This document shows, piece by piece, positions 18,947 to 28,254 of a stretch of 50,611 nt of DNA. The stretch comes from an uncultured Planctomycetaceae bacterium (GTDB lineage: Bacteria > Planctomycetota > Planctomycetia > Planctomycetales > Planctomycetaceae). The translations under genes were made by a program, and so were the position numbers. The stretch is from contig CAXBME010000042.1 of assembly GCA_963976765.1 (NCBI GenBank), positions 1 through 50,611 of the forward strand, read 5' to 3'. The stretch's first letter is position 1, and every line of letters starts with the position of its first letter. The notes below the pieces were generated by a model. The model ran no database searches. It saw only the letters and a program-made list of their open reading frames with translations, and had not been told where the DNA came from.

Positions 18947-19983
18947 ATAGGCACGCGCGACGTCGCAGTAACTCCTCGAAGGTTCATCACTTCAGGCCGG
19001 TCATTTCGTCGCAAAGACGCAGAGGCTCAAAGGCGAGTAAATTTCTGTGACTTCGCGTCGTACGATGATTGACTCACACATTTGGCCGACTGACTTGGTT
19101 CGGAGTAGAGAAAGATTGCCGACGAATTCCGAATCGTGGTGAATTCGTGTTGCTGGCGGGTGACACTTCCGTGCTCTCTGATGTACTTTCTTTTGGATTC
19201 AAGACGGCCAGTTAAGTCATCGTTGGTCGTTGATGGAATTTCTGTTTTGTTGATCGATGTTTAAGGAACAACCTGCTACGGCCAGTCGTATGCTTCTATT
19301 GCTGGTGCCAGCGTTGGCTTGATACGACCGCGATGTGACCGAGTGGAACTCCAGCGATTGTGTTTGATCGAACTGGCGGTGCCGGAAACTGGATTCGTCC
19401 TCGAAGCAAGGCCGGAGAGAAGTTGGCCCCGACGCGGCAGGACAAACGACGCGTTATTCTGCGGCATCAGTACTCCGTTCGAAGACGCACGGAAGAAGTT
19501 GTCGGATACGCTCGCGAGGTTTCACACAATGAGGGACAGCTTTCCGCTGCTGCCGTTCTCAAACGAGCGGTGACTGAACTTTGCAACGATGAGTTGATCA
19601 TTCGTACGCCGACTGTCGGCTATGACGATCACGTGACCATTAATTGTTTCGGACCAGGAGCTGTTCAGGAGCAATCCAGATATTCGGTCCACGGTAGATT
19701 CCTGCAACGATCGCAAGCTAATGAATTTTTCGCCGTGAATACTGACACGCTCGCTCGCAAATCAAGCCGCTGCGAAACAGAACTGATCGTCGAATGTGAA
19801 GTGAAGTAGATTCCGCACTCGTTGTGTGAGGCATCAGCGGCGACATGAATCGAAGTTTTCTTCACGGCTGATGGAACGCGGAATGGCTGGCTTCGCTGAT
19901 TCGGTCTGCTTGATTGAATCCTGCGCGGTTGGACCTCGATACTGAGGCCCGTGCTTTGGTCAAGTTTGAACTCGGAGATTGTC

Positions 19984-21417
19984 ATGATGCGAATGTTTGC
20001 CTCGTTTTTAATCGTCATGGTTGCTGCTTCGCCGTGTTTCGCGCAGTGGGAGCGGGCCGTTGAGCAGATTCCAGAATTGAAATCGCTCCCGGACATGACA
20101 TCGGAGCTTCAGGCACAGATTGACGACAACGGCGGTCGGCTGCTGCTGATCGAGCAGGTCTATCGCATTACCAGTACGTTGGAGTTTGACCTGAAGACGC
20201 TCGGTGCGTCAGCCATCAAATCAGTTGGTGGCGCGACGATTATTATGGATGGACCTGGACCAGCCATTCGGTTCACAGGCACGCATGAGGGCACCGCGTC
20301 GCCGAAGTCATTCAAGCCTGCCACCTGGAATGAGCGGATGCCGATCGTGGCGGGGATCGAAATTCTCGGAGCTCATGCGGAAGCCGACGGGATCGAGTTG
20401 CGACAAACGGTCGCTCCGATCGTCAATCGAGTTTCCATCAGGTGGTGCCGGCACGGGGTTCATCTGGTTAACCGAAATCGCAACGTCGTGATTTCCGATT
20501 GCCACCTGTATGAGAATTCGGGAGTCGGAGTTTTTCTCGACGATGTGAACCTGCATCAGATCAACGTTTCGAACTCCCACATCTCGTACAACCGCGAGGG
20601 CGGGATTGTCGTTCGAGATGGCAACGTCCGAAATCTCCAGGTCACCGGCTGCGACATCGAAGGCAACATGCCGGCCGATGAGACTCCAACAAAGACGGCC
20701 AATATTCTGATCGACGTCAGCGGTTCGGCTGATACGAATACAAAGTCGATTGCCGAGATCGCAATCACTGGTTGCACGATTCAACACTCGGCGAACTACT
20801 CGGGAGGGGAAGAGAAAACTCAGGCGCCGGGTGGAGCCAACATTCGGCTGGCCGGAAAAGAAATCTACCCAATCAACTCGGTGACGATCTCTGGCAACGT
20901 GCTGAGCGACACGACTACTAATGTCGACATCAGCTTCTCGCATGACGTGACAGTTTCTTCGAACAACTTTTTTGCTCCGAAACCGAACAATCTGATAGTT
21001 GCCAACAGTCAGCGGGTCGTCGTAACCGGCAACACGTTTAACCCGAGACAGTTCTCGCGTCCCGGCACGATTCGCTTTACCGATTGTGCAGATTGTATTC
21101 TGGCGAATTCGACGATCCACAAGTTTGCCACTCCAGGCGGTGCTGTCGTTCTGGATCGATGTTCGGGCTTCTCGCTGATGGGGCTTGTTCTGACTGACTG
21201 CGATTCGGGAATCGTTTTGAAGTCGACGAATGATTCGATCATTGCGAACTGCCGAGTTACTCGGACGACGTCGTCGAAATCAGATCTCGACATTGACAGT
21301 TCAAGCACAAGCATCGGATTGAGCGGCAACCAGTTCACGGGGACTGTGACGGTGAATGGAAAGTCACGCAGTAACGGCGAGTGCCGGGGCGAGGTGAGTC
21401 GACCCGTTTCTAACTGA
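19984..21417 (+). CDS. Secreted right-handed parallel beta-helix repeat protein
   Basis: Signal peptide and repeated VVISDCHL / INVSNSHI / LQVTGCDI / VTISGNVL strands. Confidence 0.85.
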   Translation: MMRMFASFLIVMVAASPCFAQWERAVEQIPELKSLPDMTSELQAQIDDNGGRLLLIEQVYRITSTLEFDLKTLGASAIKSVGGATIIMDGPGPAIRFTGTHEGTASPKSFKPATWNERMPIVAGIEILGAHAEADGIELRQTVAPIVNRVSIRWCRHGVHLVNRNRNVVISDCHLYENSGVGVFLDDVNLHQINVSNSHISYNREGGIVVRDGNVRNLQVTGCDIEGNMPADETPTKTANILIDVSGSADTNTKSIAEIAITGCTIQHSANYSGGEEKTQAPGGANIRLAGKEIYPINSVTISGNVLSDTTTNVDISFSHDVTVSSNNFFAPKPNNLIVANSQRVVVTGNTFNPRQFSRPGTIRFTDCADCILANSTIHKFATPGGAVVLDRCSGFSLMGLVLTDCDSGIVLKSTNDSIIANCRVTRTTSSKSDLDIDSSSTSIGLSGNQFTGTVTVNGKSRSNGECRGEVSRPVSN

Positions 21418-21519
21418 GGCGTCAGGTTTACGCTATGGTCAGGATGCCGTTTGCTCAATCGAGCTGGCAGCGTAGACTGAAGGCTCGTTCTACATCCGAA
21501 GTGGTTTCAGGGAAGTTGC

Positions 21520-22899
21520 ATGTCGTCTCTTAGTGAAAAATTGCGGAACAATCAGCACAGGTTGAGCCGACGGGCGGCCATTCAGGCAGGAACTTCCAGT
21601 CTGGCCGGAGTCGGTCTGACATCAGTGCCTGGTGGGCGTGCGAAGGCTGCTGTCGCTGAAGCAGGAGCAGCAACCGGAAGCCGAGCAAAACAGATTGTGA
21701 TCGTCTGGTTGACCGGCGCGGCCAGCCATCATGACACGTTCGATATGAAGCCGAATGCGCCGGTCGAAATTCGTGGCGAGTTCAATCCCGTCTCGACCTC
21801 AGTGCCGGGGATTCAGATTTGCGAGCACTTGCCGCATCTGGCTCAGCGGATGGACAAGTATGCCGTTGTGAGGACGCTTTCTCACAAAGACAACAATCAT
21901 CTGATGTCGACGCACCACGTTCTGACCGGGCATCTTCAGCCGGGTGCGTTCTTTGACAAGGTGGCGTCGCGAGATGACTGGCCGTGCTATTCATCGGGGC
22001 TGGGATTTCTGCGACCACGGACCGACGGGATTCCCAGTGGTGTGAACCTGCCGACATTCCTGTTGCAGGGGCCGCTGACATGGCCTGGTCAGCACGCTGG
22101 ATTTCTGGGGCCAAAGTACGATCCCTGGCAGATTAAAGGCGATCCGCAGAAGCCGGACTTCAAAGTGGACAGCCTGACTCTTTCGCCGGGGATTGATGTT
22201 TCACGGCTGGACCGTCGACAGGCGTTGCTCAACGAGGTCAACGTTCAACAGCAGCAACTCGATCGAGCCGCGGAGGCCACTCGGCTGACCGACGACCAGC
22301 AGCTTGCCTTTTCGATTCTGACATCCAGCCGCCTCGCTCAGGCATTCGAGTTGAATCGTGAGGAAGATGCTGTCCGAGACCGTTACGGACGAAACACGAC
22401 GGGGCAATCGATGCTGGTGGCTCGGCGGCTGATTGAAGTCGGGGTGCCGGTGGTTCAGGTGAACGTTGGCGGCGCTCAGACCTGGGACAACCACGGAAAT
22501 ATCTTCCCGACGTTGAAGGATCGTTTGTTGCCACCACTGGATCAAGGCGTTGCAACCCTGCTGGACGATCTTGACGACAGAGGGCAACTTGACGACACGC
22601 TGGTCATGATGCTCGGTGAGTTCGGGCGAACGCCGAAGATCAATGCCGGAAAAGGCCGAGATCATTGGGGGCCGTGCTTCTTCGGGTTCTTTGCCGGTGC
22701 CGGCGTGCGCGGCGGGCAAATGATTGGCCGGTCGGACGACATTGGCGCGTATCCGGTCACGACAGCTTTCTCACCGGATGACGTTGGAGCAACGGTTTAC
22801 AGGCTGCTGGGAATTCCGCCGGAAGCTGAAGTTCACGACCGCCTCGGTCGCCCTTCGCGTCTCAACAACGGAAACGTCATCCAGCCGTTGTTTGGTTGA
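21520..22899 (+). CDS. DUF1501 domain protein (Tat signal)
   Basis: SRRAAIQAG, GAASHHDTFDMKP, RDRYG, WDNH, GEFGRTPKIN, GRDHW. Confidence 0.93.
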   Translation: MSSLSEKLRNNQHRLSRRAAIQAGTSSLAGVGLTSVPGGRAKAAVAEAGAATGSRAKQIVIVWLTGAASHHDTFDMKPNAPVEIRGEFNPVSTSVPGIQICEHLPHLAQRMDKYAVVRTLSHKDNNHLMSTHHVLTGHLQPGAFFDKVASRDDWPCYSSGLGFLRPRTDGIPSGVNLPTFLLQGPLTWPGQHAGFLGPKYDPWQIKGDPQKPDFKVDSLTLSPGIDVSRLDRRQALLNEVNVQQQQLDRAAEATRLTDDQQLAFSILTSSRLAQAFELNREEDAVRDRYGRNTTGQSMLVARRLIEVGVPVVQVNVGGAQTWDNHGNIFPTLKDRLLPPLDQGVATLLDDLDDRGQLDDTLVMMLGEFGRTPKINAGKGRDHWGPCFFGFFAGAGVRGGQMIGRSDDIGAYPVTTAFSPDDVGATVYRLLGIPPEAEVHDRLGRPSRLNNGNVIQPLFG

Positions 22900-22915
22900 T
22901 GCATGCCGTCGCGGT

Positions 22916-24337
22916 TTAAATGTCGAAATACAGCGCGAATTCGTAGGGGTGAGGACGCTCTCGCACGGCGCGAACTTCGTGCTCAGTTTTGTACCAGATC
23001 CAGGTGTCGATCACGTCTTCGGTGAACACGTCGCCGCGTAGCAGAAAGTCGTGGTCGTCGCGGAGTGCCTGCAAAGATTCTTCGAGCGAAGCCGGCGTTC
23101 TCGGGACGTCGTTCAGCTCAGCGGGATCAAGATCGTAGATGTCTTTGTCGAGTGGTTGTCCCGGGTCGGTGCGATTCTGAATTCCATCGAGAGCGGCCAT
23201 CAGGACAGCGGCCATCGCAAGGTATGGGTTCGACGAGGAATCCGGGCAGCGGAATTCGAATCGCTTGTCTTCGGGGTTTGGACTGTGGACGGGAATTCGG
23301 ATCGCGGCCGACCGATTTCGGTAGCTATACGTCAGGTTGATGGGGGCTTCGAAGCCGGGGACCAGTCGTTTGTAGCTGTTGGTCGTCGGGCAGCAAAAGG
23401 CGAGCAGCGCACCGGCGTGTTTAAGGATTCCACCGATTGCAAAGCGAGCGGTCTCGCTGAGGCCGCCGTATCCGGAGCCGGCAAACAGCGACTCGCCCTT
23501 TCGCCACAGTGAAAAGTGCAGGTGCATGCCTGAGCCGTTGTCATTCCACACTGGTTTCGGCATGAACGTCGCTGTTTTGCCGTGTCGTGCAGCGACATTT
23601 TTCACGACATACTTATAGAGCAGCATGGCGTCGGCAGTACGGACAAGCGGTCCGTACTTGATATCGATTTCGCACTGTCCTGACGATGCGACTTCGTGAT
23701 GATGAGCTTCGACTTCGACACCACAATCCTGCAGCGCCAGCATCACATCGGTCCGCAATTCCTGCAGCGTATCGGCGGGCGGCGTCGACAGGTAACCCTC
23801 GCGCTGTCGGATGCTGTATCCGGAATTGGATTCCCTGCCGATCGGCTTCTGCCGACCGCGGTTCCATTGACCTTCGGCGCTTTCCAGGTGGTAGTAGCCT
23901 TCGTGCTCGTTCTGGTCAAAAGTTGCGCTGTCAAAGACGAAGAATTCAGCCTCGGGGCCGAAACAGGCCTCGTCAGCGATAGCGGTCGACCTCATGTACG
24001 CTTCGGCCTTGCGGGCGACATTGCGAGGATCACGTGCGTAGTCCTGCCGAGTGATCGGATCCTGAATGTTGCAGGTCAGAGCGAGCGTTTGTTTCAGGAA
24101 CGGGTCGACAAACGCCGTTTCCGCTTCCGGCACGACGAGCATGTCGGATTCGTTGATCGCCTGCCAGCCGCGCAGCGACGAGCCATCGAAGCTGAACCCA
24201 CGGTCGAAACAGTCTTCGGTGAGGGCATTTGCTGGAACTGTAAAATGCTTCTGCGTCCCTGGAAAATCCATGAACCGTAGATCAATTGCGTGAATCTCAC
24301 GCTCGCGAATTAACGCGAGCACCTCTCGAGGCGTCAT
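22916..24337 (-). CDS. glnA: Glutamine synthetase type I
   Basis: FDGSS, GPEAEFF, HHHEVA..GQCEI, TFMPKP..DNGSGMH, NSYKRLVPGFEAP, NRSAAIRIP, EFRCPD, and adenylylation-site-like KDIYDL. Confidence 0.97.
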   Translation of the reverse strand: MTPREVLALIREREIHAIDLRFMDFPGTQKHFTVPANALTEDCFDRGFSFDGSSLRGWQAINESDMLVVPEAETAFVDPFLKQTLALTCNIQDPITRQDYARDPRNVARKAEAYMRSTAIADEACFGPEAEFFVFDSATFDQNEHEGYYHLESAEGQWNRGRQKPIGRESNSGYSIRQREGYLSTPPADTLQELRTDVMLALQDCGVEVEAHHHEVASSGQCEIDIKYGPLVRTADAMLLYKYVVKNVAARHGKTATFMPKPVWNDNGSGMHLHFSLWRKGESLFAGSGYGGLSETARFAIGGILKHAGALLAFCCPTTNSYKRLVPGFEAPINLTYSYRNRSAAIRIPVHSPNPEDKRFEFRCPDSSSNPYLAMAAVLMAALDGIQNRTDPGQPLDKDIYDLDPAELNDVPRTPASLEESLQALRDDHDFLLRGDVFTEDVIDTWIWYKTEHEVRAVRERPHPYEFALYFDI

Positions 24338-24450
24338 AGCCGAAACCCTGCTTGAAAAGTCAATCAATGACGAGCGGACAGGCATCGTAAGAACCGAGGA
24401 AGAAAGTCACCAGCCACACGAACCGTTGAGGTGGGGGTGATCATGAGCCA

Positions 24451-24738
24451 TCAAAAGACAAGTTCCGAAGGATGAGGAACTCGATCGACGAGAGGCAAAA
24501 CCAGTGGCTGGTAGATTTCAAGACACGCTTTTCCTTCGCGGTGCTGGTCAAGGTGCTCCTGAGAATCCCAACGCTCGATTAACATGAACAGAGTTGGGGC
24601 ACTTTTCGAATGGTAGATTTCGAATCGTGCGCAGCCGGGCTCCTGTTTCGAGAGCGTTCCCTGCTGGATGAGCAGTTCGCGGACTTTCTCGATATCGGCT
24701 TCGTCTTTGACCGTGAGGATTACGTTGCTGTAAATCAT
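24451..24738 (-). CDS. ABM-family (putative quinol monooxygenase) protein
   Basis: SKQEPGCARFEIY...FMLIERWDSQEHLDQH. Confidence 0.85.
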   Translation of the reverse strand: MIYSNVILTVKDEADIEKVRELLIQQGTLSKQEPGCARFEIYHSKSAPTLFMLIERWDSQEHLDQHREGKACLEIYQPLVLPLVDRVPHPSELVF

Positions 24739-24770
24739 GGCGGAGTCTCTCAAACATCGAATGTGGAGTC

Positions 24771-25058
24771 TTATTCCGGCGTCGGAGTTGCACCTGCTGG
24801 CGGCTTTCCTTTGCCCTCTTTAATGTAATTACCGCGAGCTTTGGCGTAGTCGTCGGCGGACATCGCTTCGACTTCCTGACCGTGCTTCGCTTCATCAAAC
24901 AGCTTTTCGATGAAGGGAATGCACCAGCCGCAGCCGGAGCCGGCGCTGTTGCATTCGCTGACCTGACTGGCTCGTCGAGGTTTGTTGATGCGGATGAAGT
25001 TGCAGATCTTCCGCTTGGAAACATGAAAGCAGTAGCAGATTTTGTCGTCAGGTTGCAT
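24771..25058 (-). CDS. BFD-like [2Fe-2S]-binding protein
   Basis: ICYCFHVS...AGSGCGWC cysteine spacing. Start reassigned to ATG 25058. Confidence 0.85.
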   Translation of the reverse strand: MQPDDKICYCFHVSKRKICNFIRINKPRRASQVSECNSAGSGCGWCIPFIEKLFDEAKHGQEVEAMSADDYAKARGNYIKEGKGKPPAGATPTPE

Positions 25059-25092
25059 GAATCGTTGCTTGCTGGCAGAACTTAATTGTCGC

Positions 25093-25992
25093 TTACTTTT
25101 CCACTGAGACCAGTCGAGTGGAATTCTCGTCAACGATAACACGAAGCCCGCTCTTTCGCCCTGCTTCGGTGAGGATTGCTGCCGGAGTCGTTTCGGTGAG
25201 GGAAAGGGTAATCGGGCTGTCGAGTTGCTCGACCGGCACTGCTGAGACATCGACTCGAACCCGGCACATTTGCTCAACAGTGCGAATTACTTCTCGGAGA
25301 GGGACGGGATCTGGTTGTCGGAAACGGATGATTGAAATTTCGAGCCGTTGCCGAATGTTCATCGGCGGAGGGGCTGTCTTGTCGCCTGGAGCCTGTAACG
25401 GAGGTTCTGGACTGCGAATGTCGTCTGGATTGCCGACTTCAGGGACGAAGTGTCGTTCTGCGGGGATGATTGGTTTTGTGTCTTCGCTTAACTGAGCGAT
25501 GCCGGTTTCACGCAGCGGTGCCGTCTCGCTGGTTGAAACTTCTGACGTGCTCTCGAACATCCTGAAGTTTTCGTTGGACGCTTCCATCGGTGTCAGGTCC
25601 GCCGGGCCGGAATGATCGATCACCGAATTATCCAGATTCGGGCTCTGTTCATTGGGTTGGTGACGGTCTGGTTCACCGACTGAGGGGGGCAGGAAAATTG
25701 CCAGAAACATTCCCAGTGACGCAGTGACCACGGCAGCAATGGTTCGACTGTTGCTGATAATTTTTCGCCATGACGGCGAAGTCGGCGGATCCGCCGATTT
25801 ATCGAACGCTGTGACACATTCGATGGCTGAGACTTCAACGTCACCGTTCGGAGTTGAATGCGCTGCGAGGGCCTCACCACATTCCGGGCAGGCGAATTCC
25901 GTTTCAGCAGTTGCCTTTAACGAGATTCTCAGACGCGTCCGGCAGGACGGACAGGCATTCTGTGACCCGGCGATCGGTTGCCGACTTTCCAT
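25093..25992 (-). CDS. Zinc-ribbon / TM / STN-like domain membrane protein
   Basis: CPSC...CPEC, one TM segment, a low-complexity linker, and C-terminal PLREVIRTVEQM...ITLSLTETTPAAIL. Confidence 0.65.
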   Translation of the reverse strand: MESRQPIAGSQNACPSCRTRLRISLKATAETEFACPECGEALAAHSTPNGDVEVSAIECVTAFDKSADPPTSPSWRKIISNSRTIAAVVTASLGMFLAIFLPPSVGEPDRHQPNEQSPNLDNSVIDHSGPADLTPMEASNENFRMFESTSEVSTSETAPLRETGIAQLSEDTKPIIPAERHFVPEVGNPDDIRSPEPPLQAPGDKTAPPPMNIRQRLEISIIRFRQPDPVPLREVIRTVEQMCRVRVDVSAVPVEQLDSPITLSLTETTPAAILTEAGRKSGLRVIVDENSTRLVSVEK

Positions 25993-26001
25993 CAGCCGAC
26001 C

Positions 26002-27984
26002 TTATTCAAACTCGTAGATTGTCAATCCCGACTCTTTAGCGACGGGTTTTGTCGTGAGCAGAAACCGTTTCTGGTCCTGTTGAATCACGATGCATAGCGC
26101 GTTTGGCTGCCCATTGATCGGTCGCGTAACGAGGTACTTGATGGCGTCCAGACCGCTGCAGTTGGCGACATAGTCCTGTGCCATGTTCTTCGTGTAGGCA
26201 CTTAGCTTGAGTGCGTCGCCGTCGATGTAATGGTCAACTTTGCATTCGTCGGCGATGTAGGCAAAAGCGTCCTGAAGTGGCGTTCGGACGAATTCCACAT
26301 CGATCACTTTCTTCAAGCGGTCGACAACCAGGTCAGGCAGCTTCGGACCAGTCTCTTCAGGCTTGACCTGCTTCACAGCAGTACTGAAGTCTGTGCGGGT
26401 GGACTCGTCCCAGGCGAGCAGTCCGCCGAGTGCGAGATTCGGCGCGGCTCGTTCTGGAAGCTCGGTTGTCAATTGAGCGTAGCGAGTTCCCGTTCCGGCA
26501 GTGGTTGACATGGCGAATACTTGAGTCATTGCCGGGAATCTTCCAATGACTTTGCGAGGGCCAATGACGCCAGGATTCATCCGCTCGACCATCGAAACCA
26601 GATCGAACGGAAGTTGCTTCAGCTTCTTCCGCATTTCAGCCTGCAACAGATGCTCCATGACGATTGTCTGATTTCGCATCATCAGTTCGGAATGAAACTT
26701 CTTTTCTCCAAAGTGCATGCTCCACACGACGGTTTCGACTTCTTCGTCGTTGAAGAATTCCATGCCTCGGTCGACTAACTGCCAGACATGTTTCGGGAAG
26801 ATCGTGTCACGATGTCGGACGACGCTCCGCGGTTCAAAGATGAGGGTCAGATGACGGTCTGCGTCCGTTTGAGGAATCAGGGCGTCGATGCCGTCTGATT
26901 GAGGGTTGGCATATTGAACCGCCGTTGCCATTTCCTGCGCAGCGACGCCGCTCGGCGCGACGGCAATCATTTTCAGGTCGGCCCCAATCAGAAAGCTCAG
27001 GTCGTTTCGAACGTACATCGGGTAACCATGATCCTGATTGCGTTCTCCGCCAAATTTGACGAGCAGCTCGGATTTTTTCGCAGCTTCAACGAGTCTTACG
27101 ACTGCGGCGACCTGTGGTGGCTCACCGACCTGGCCAGGAATAATTCCAATCAATGCGTGCTCGATTTGCGCCGGTTCAAACTGGCAGAGTTCGGTCAGCT
27201 TTGCAGTCGCCCATTCTCCGAAAGGGCCAAGGCAGAAGCGAACTTCTTCGCCGCGGCTGCCGGCTTTCCAGAGCTCAGCCGGGCGGACGCTGATGATGAC
27301 TCGAGCTCCGAGCGGCAGGCAGTTCATCGGGATTGGGCCGCCGGTCGTCGGGCTGGACGCTTTGGCGATCGCGGTGTTCTGACGAAGCTGTTCCTTTTCG
27401 GCCTCGAACTCTTCGTCGACTTTCGGTTTCGCGGCTTCTTCTTCAGCGAGTTTTGCGGCTTCAAGATGATCCTGCGCCATGTAGACGACTCCACCGACCG
27501 CGGCGGCTGTCAGTATGCCTGCGACGATCGCCGTGTTTCGCCGTTTGGCGTTCTTCTTTTTGAGCGCTTTCAGATGAGCGACTCCGCCCGCGTCTTCCGG
27601 CGCCACGACGACAGGTCCAGGAGCTGGAGTTTCAAAGAATGCGCCGGCGGTTGGCTGTTGAGGTGCAGCCTGTTGTGGTACCTGATGCGGGACGACTGGT
27701 TGTTGAGCCGGTGGGGCAGCCTGTTGCAACGGCGGCGCATTGTCAGGAACCCAGCGAGCCGCGACGCCGACAGCCGGCACGTCCGGTTGCGGCGCCGGTT
27801 GAGGAGCTACCTCGGATGCGAGCTTCAGCTCGACTTCATCCTCGACCGACTTTGGTTCCGGCGGAGCCGTCAGCACAAAGACGTGACTGCACTTGGGACA
27901 GCGTGCCTTCTTGCCGATTTTGCTCCGGTCTCGAAGTTTCAGTCCCTTGGCACATTTCGGGCAATTAACAACAAGTTCGCTCAT
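26002..27984 (-). CDS. Zinc-ribbon / Pro-Gln-rich / TM / large extracytoplasmic protein
   Basis: CPKC...CPKC, a P/Q-rich linker, TM AIVAGILTAAAVGGVVYM, and C-terminal IDVEFVRTPLQDAFAYIA (STN-like). Confidence 0.75.
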   Translation of the reverse strand: MSELVVNCPKCAKGLKLRDRSKIGKKARCPKCSHVFVLTAPPEPKSVEDEVELKLASEVAPQPAPQPDVPAVGVAARWVPDNAPPLQQAAPPAQQPVVPHQVPQQAAPQQPTAGAFFETPAPGPVVVAPEDAGGVAHLKALKKKNAKRRNTAIVAGILTAAAVGGVVYMAQDHLEAAKLAEEEAAKPKVDEEFEAEKEQLRQNTAIAKASSPTTGGPIPMNCLPLGARVIISVRPAELWKAGSRGEEVRFCLGPFGEWATAKLTELCQFEPAQIEHALIGIIPGQVGEPPQVAAVVRLVEAAKKSELLVKFGGERNQDHGYPMYVRNDLSFLIGADLKMIAVAPSGVAAQEMATAVQYANPQSDGIDALIPQTDADRHLTLIFEPRSVVRHRDTIFPKHVWQLVDRGMEFFNDEEVETVVWSMHFGEKKFHSELMMRNQTIVMEHLLQAEMRKKLKQLPFDLVSMVERMNPGVIGPRKVIGRFPAMTQVFAMSTTAGTGTRYAQLTTELPERAAPNLALGGLLAWDESTRTDFSTAVKQVKPEETGPKLPDLVVDRLKKVIDVEFVRTPLQDAFAYIADECKVDHYIDGDALKLSAYTKNMAQDYVANCSGLDAIKYLVTRPINGQPNALCIVIQQDQKRFLLTTKPVAKESGLTIYEFE

Positions 27985-28254
27985 CGAAAAAAACCTCAGC
28001 CTGAAAACAACGCAAACTGTTTCATGATTCAGTGTGCAGAATTGTCGATAACACAGCGGCTCGTTCTTTCAGGCTACTGTTCGAAATACGACAGTTATGT
28101 CGGACGCATTCCTGAGAAGCACACTGGCACACGCTTTCAACCGGCTGTCCGATCGTCGACGCCACATCGTACGCACCGGCGGACTCTGTCGCCAGAACTG
28201 AGTCTGACTCGATTGTGCAATCCTCACATTCTGAACTTGTGTAGTCCTGCGATC

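Noticed and set aside
18947..19983. About 1 kb gap with ORFs 19319..19573 and 19360..19809
   Set aside because: No recognisable domain, RNA structure or repeat was found. It may be a degraded gene and is left unannotated.
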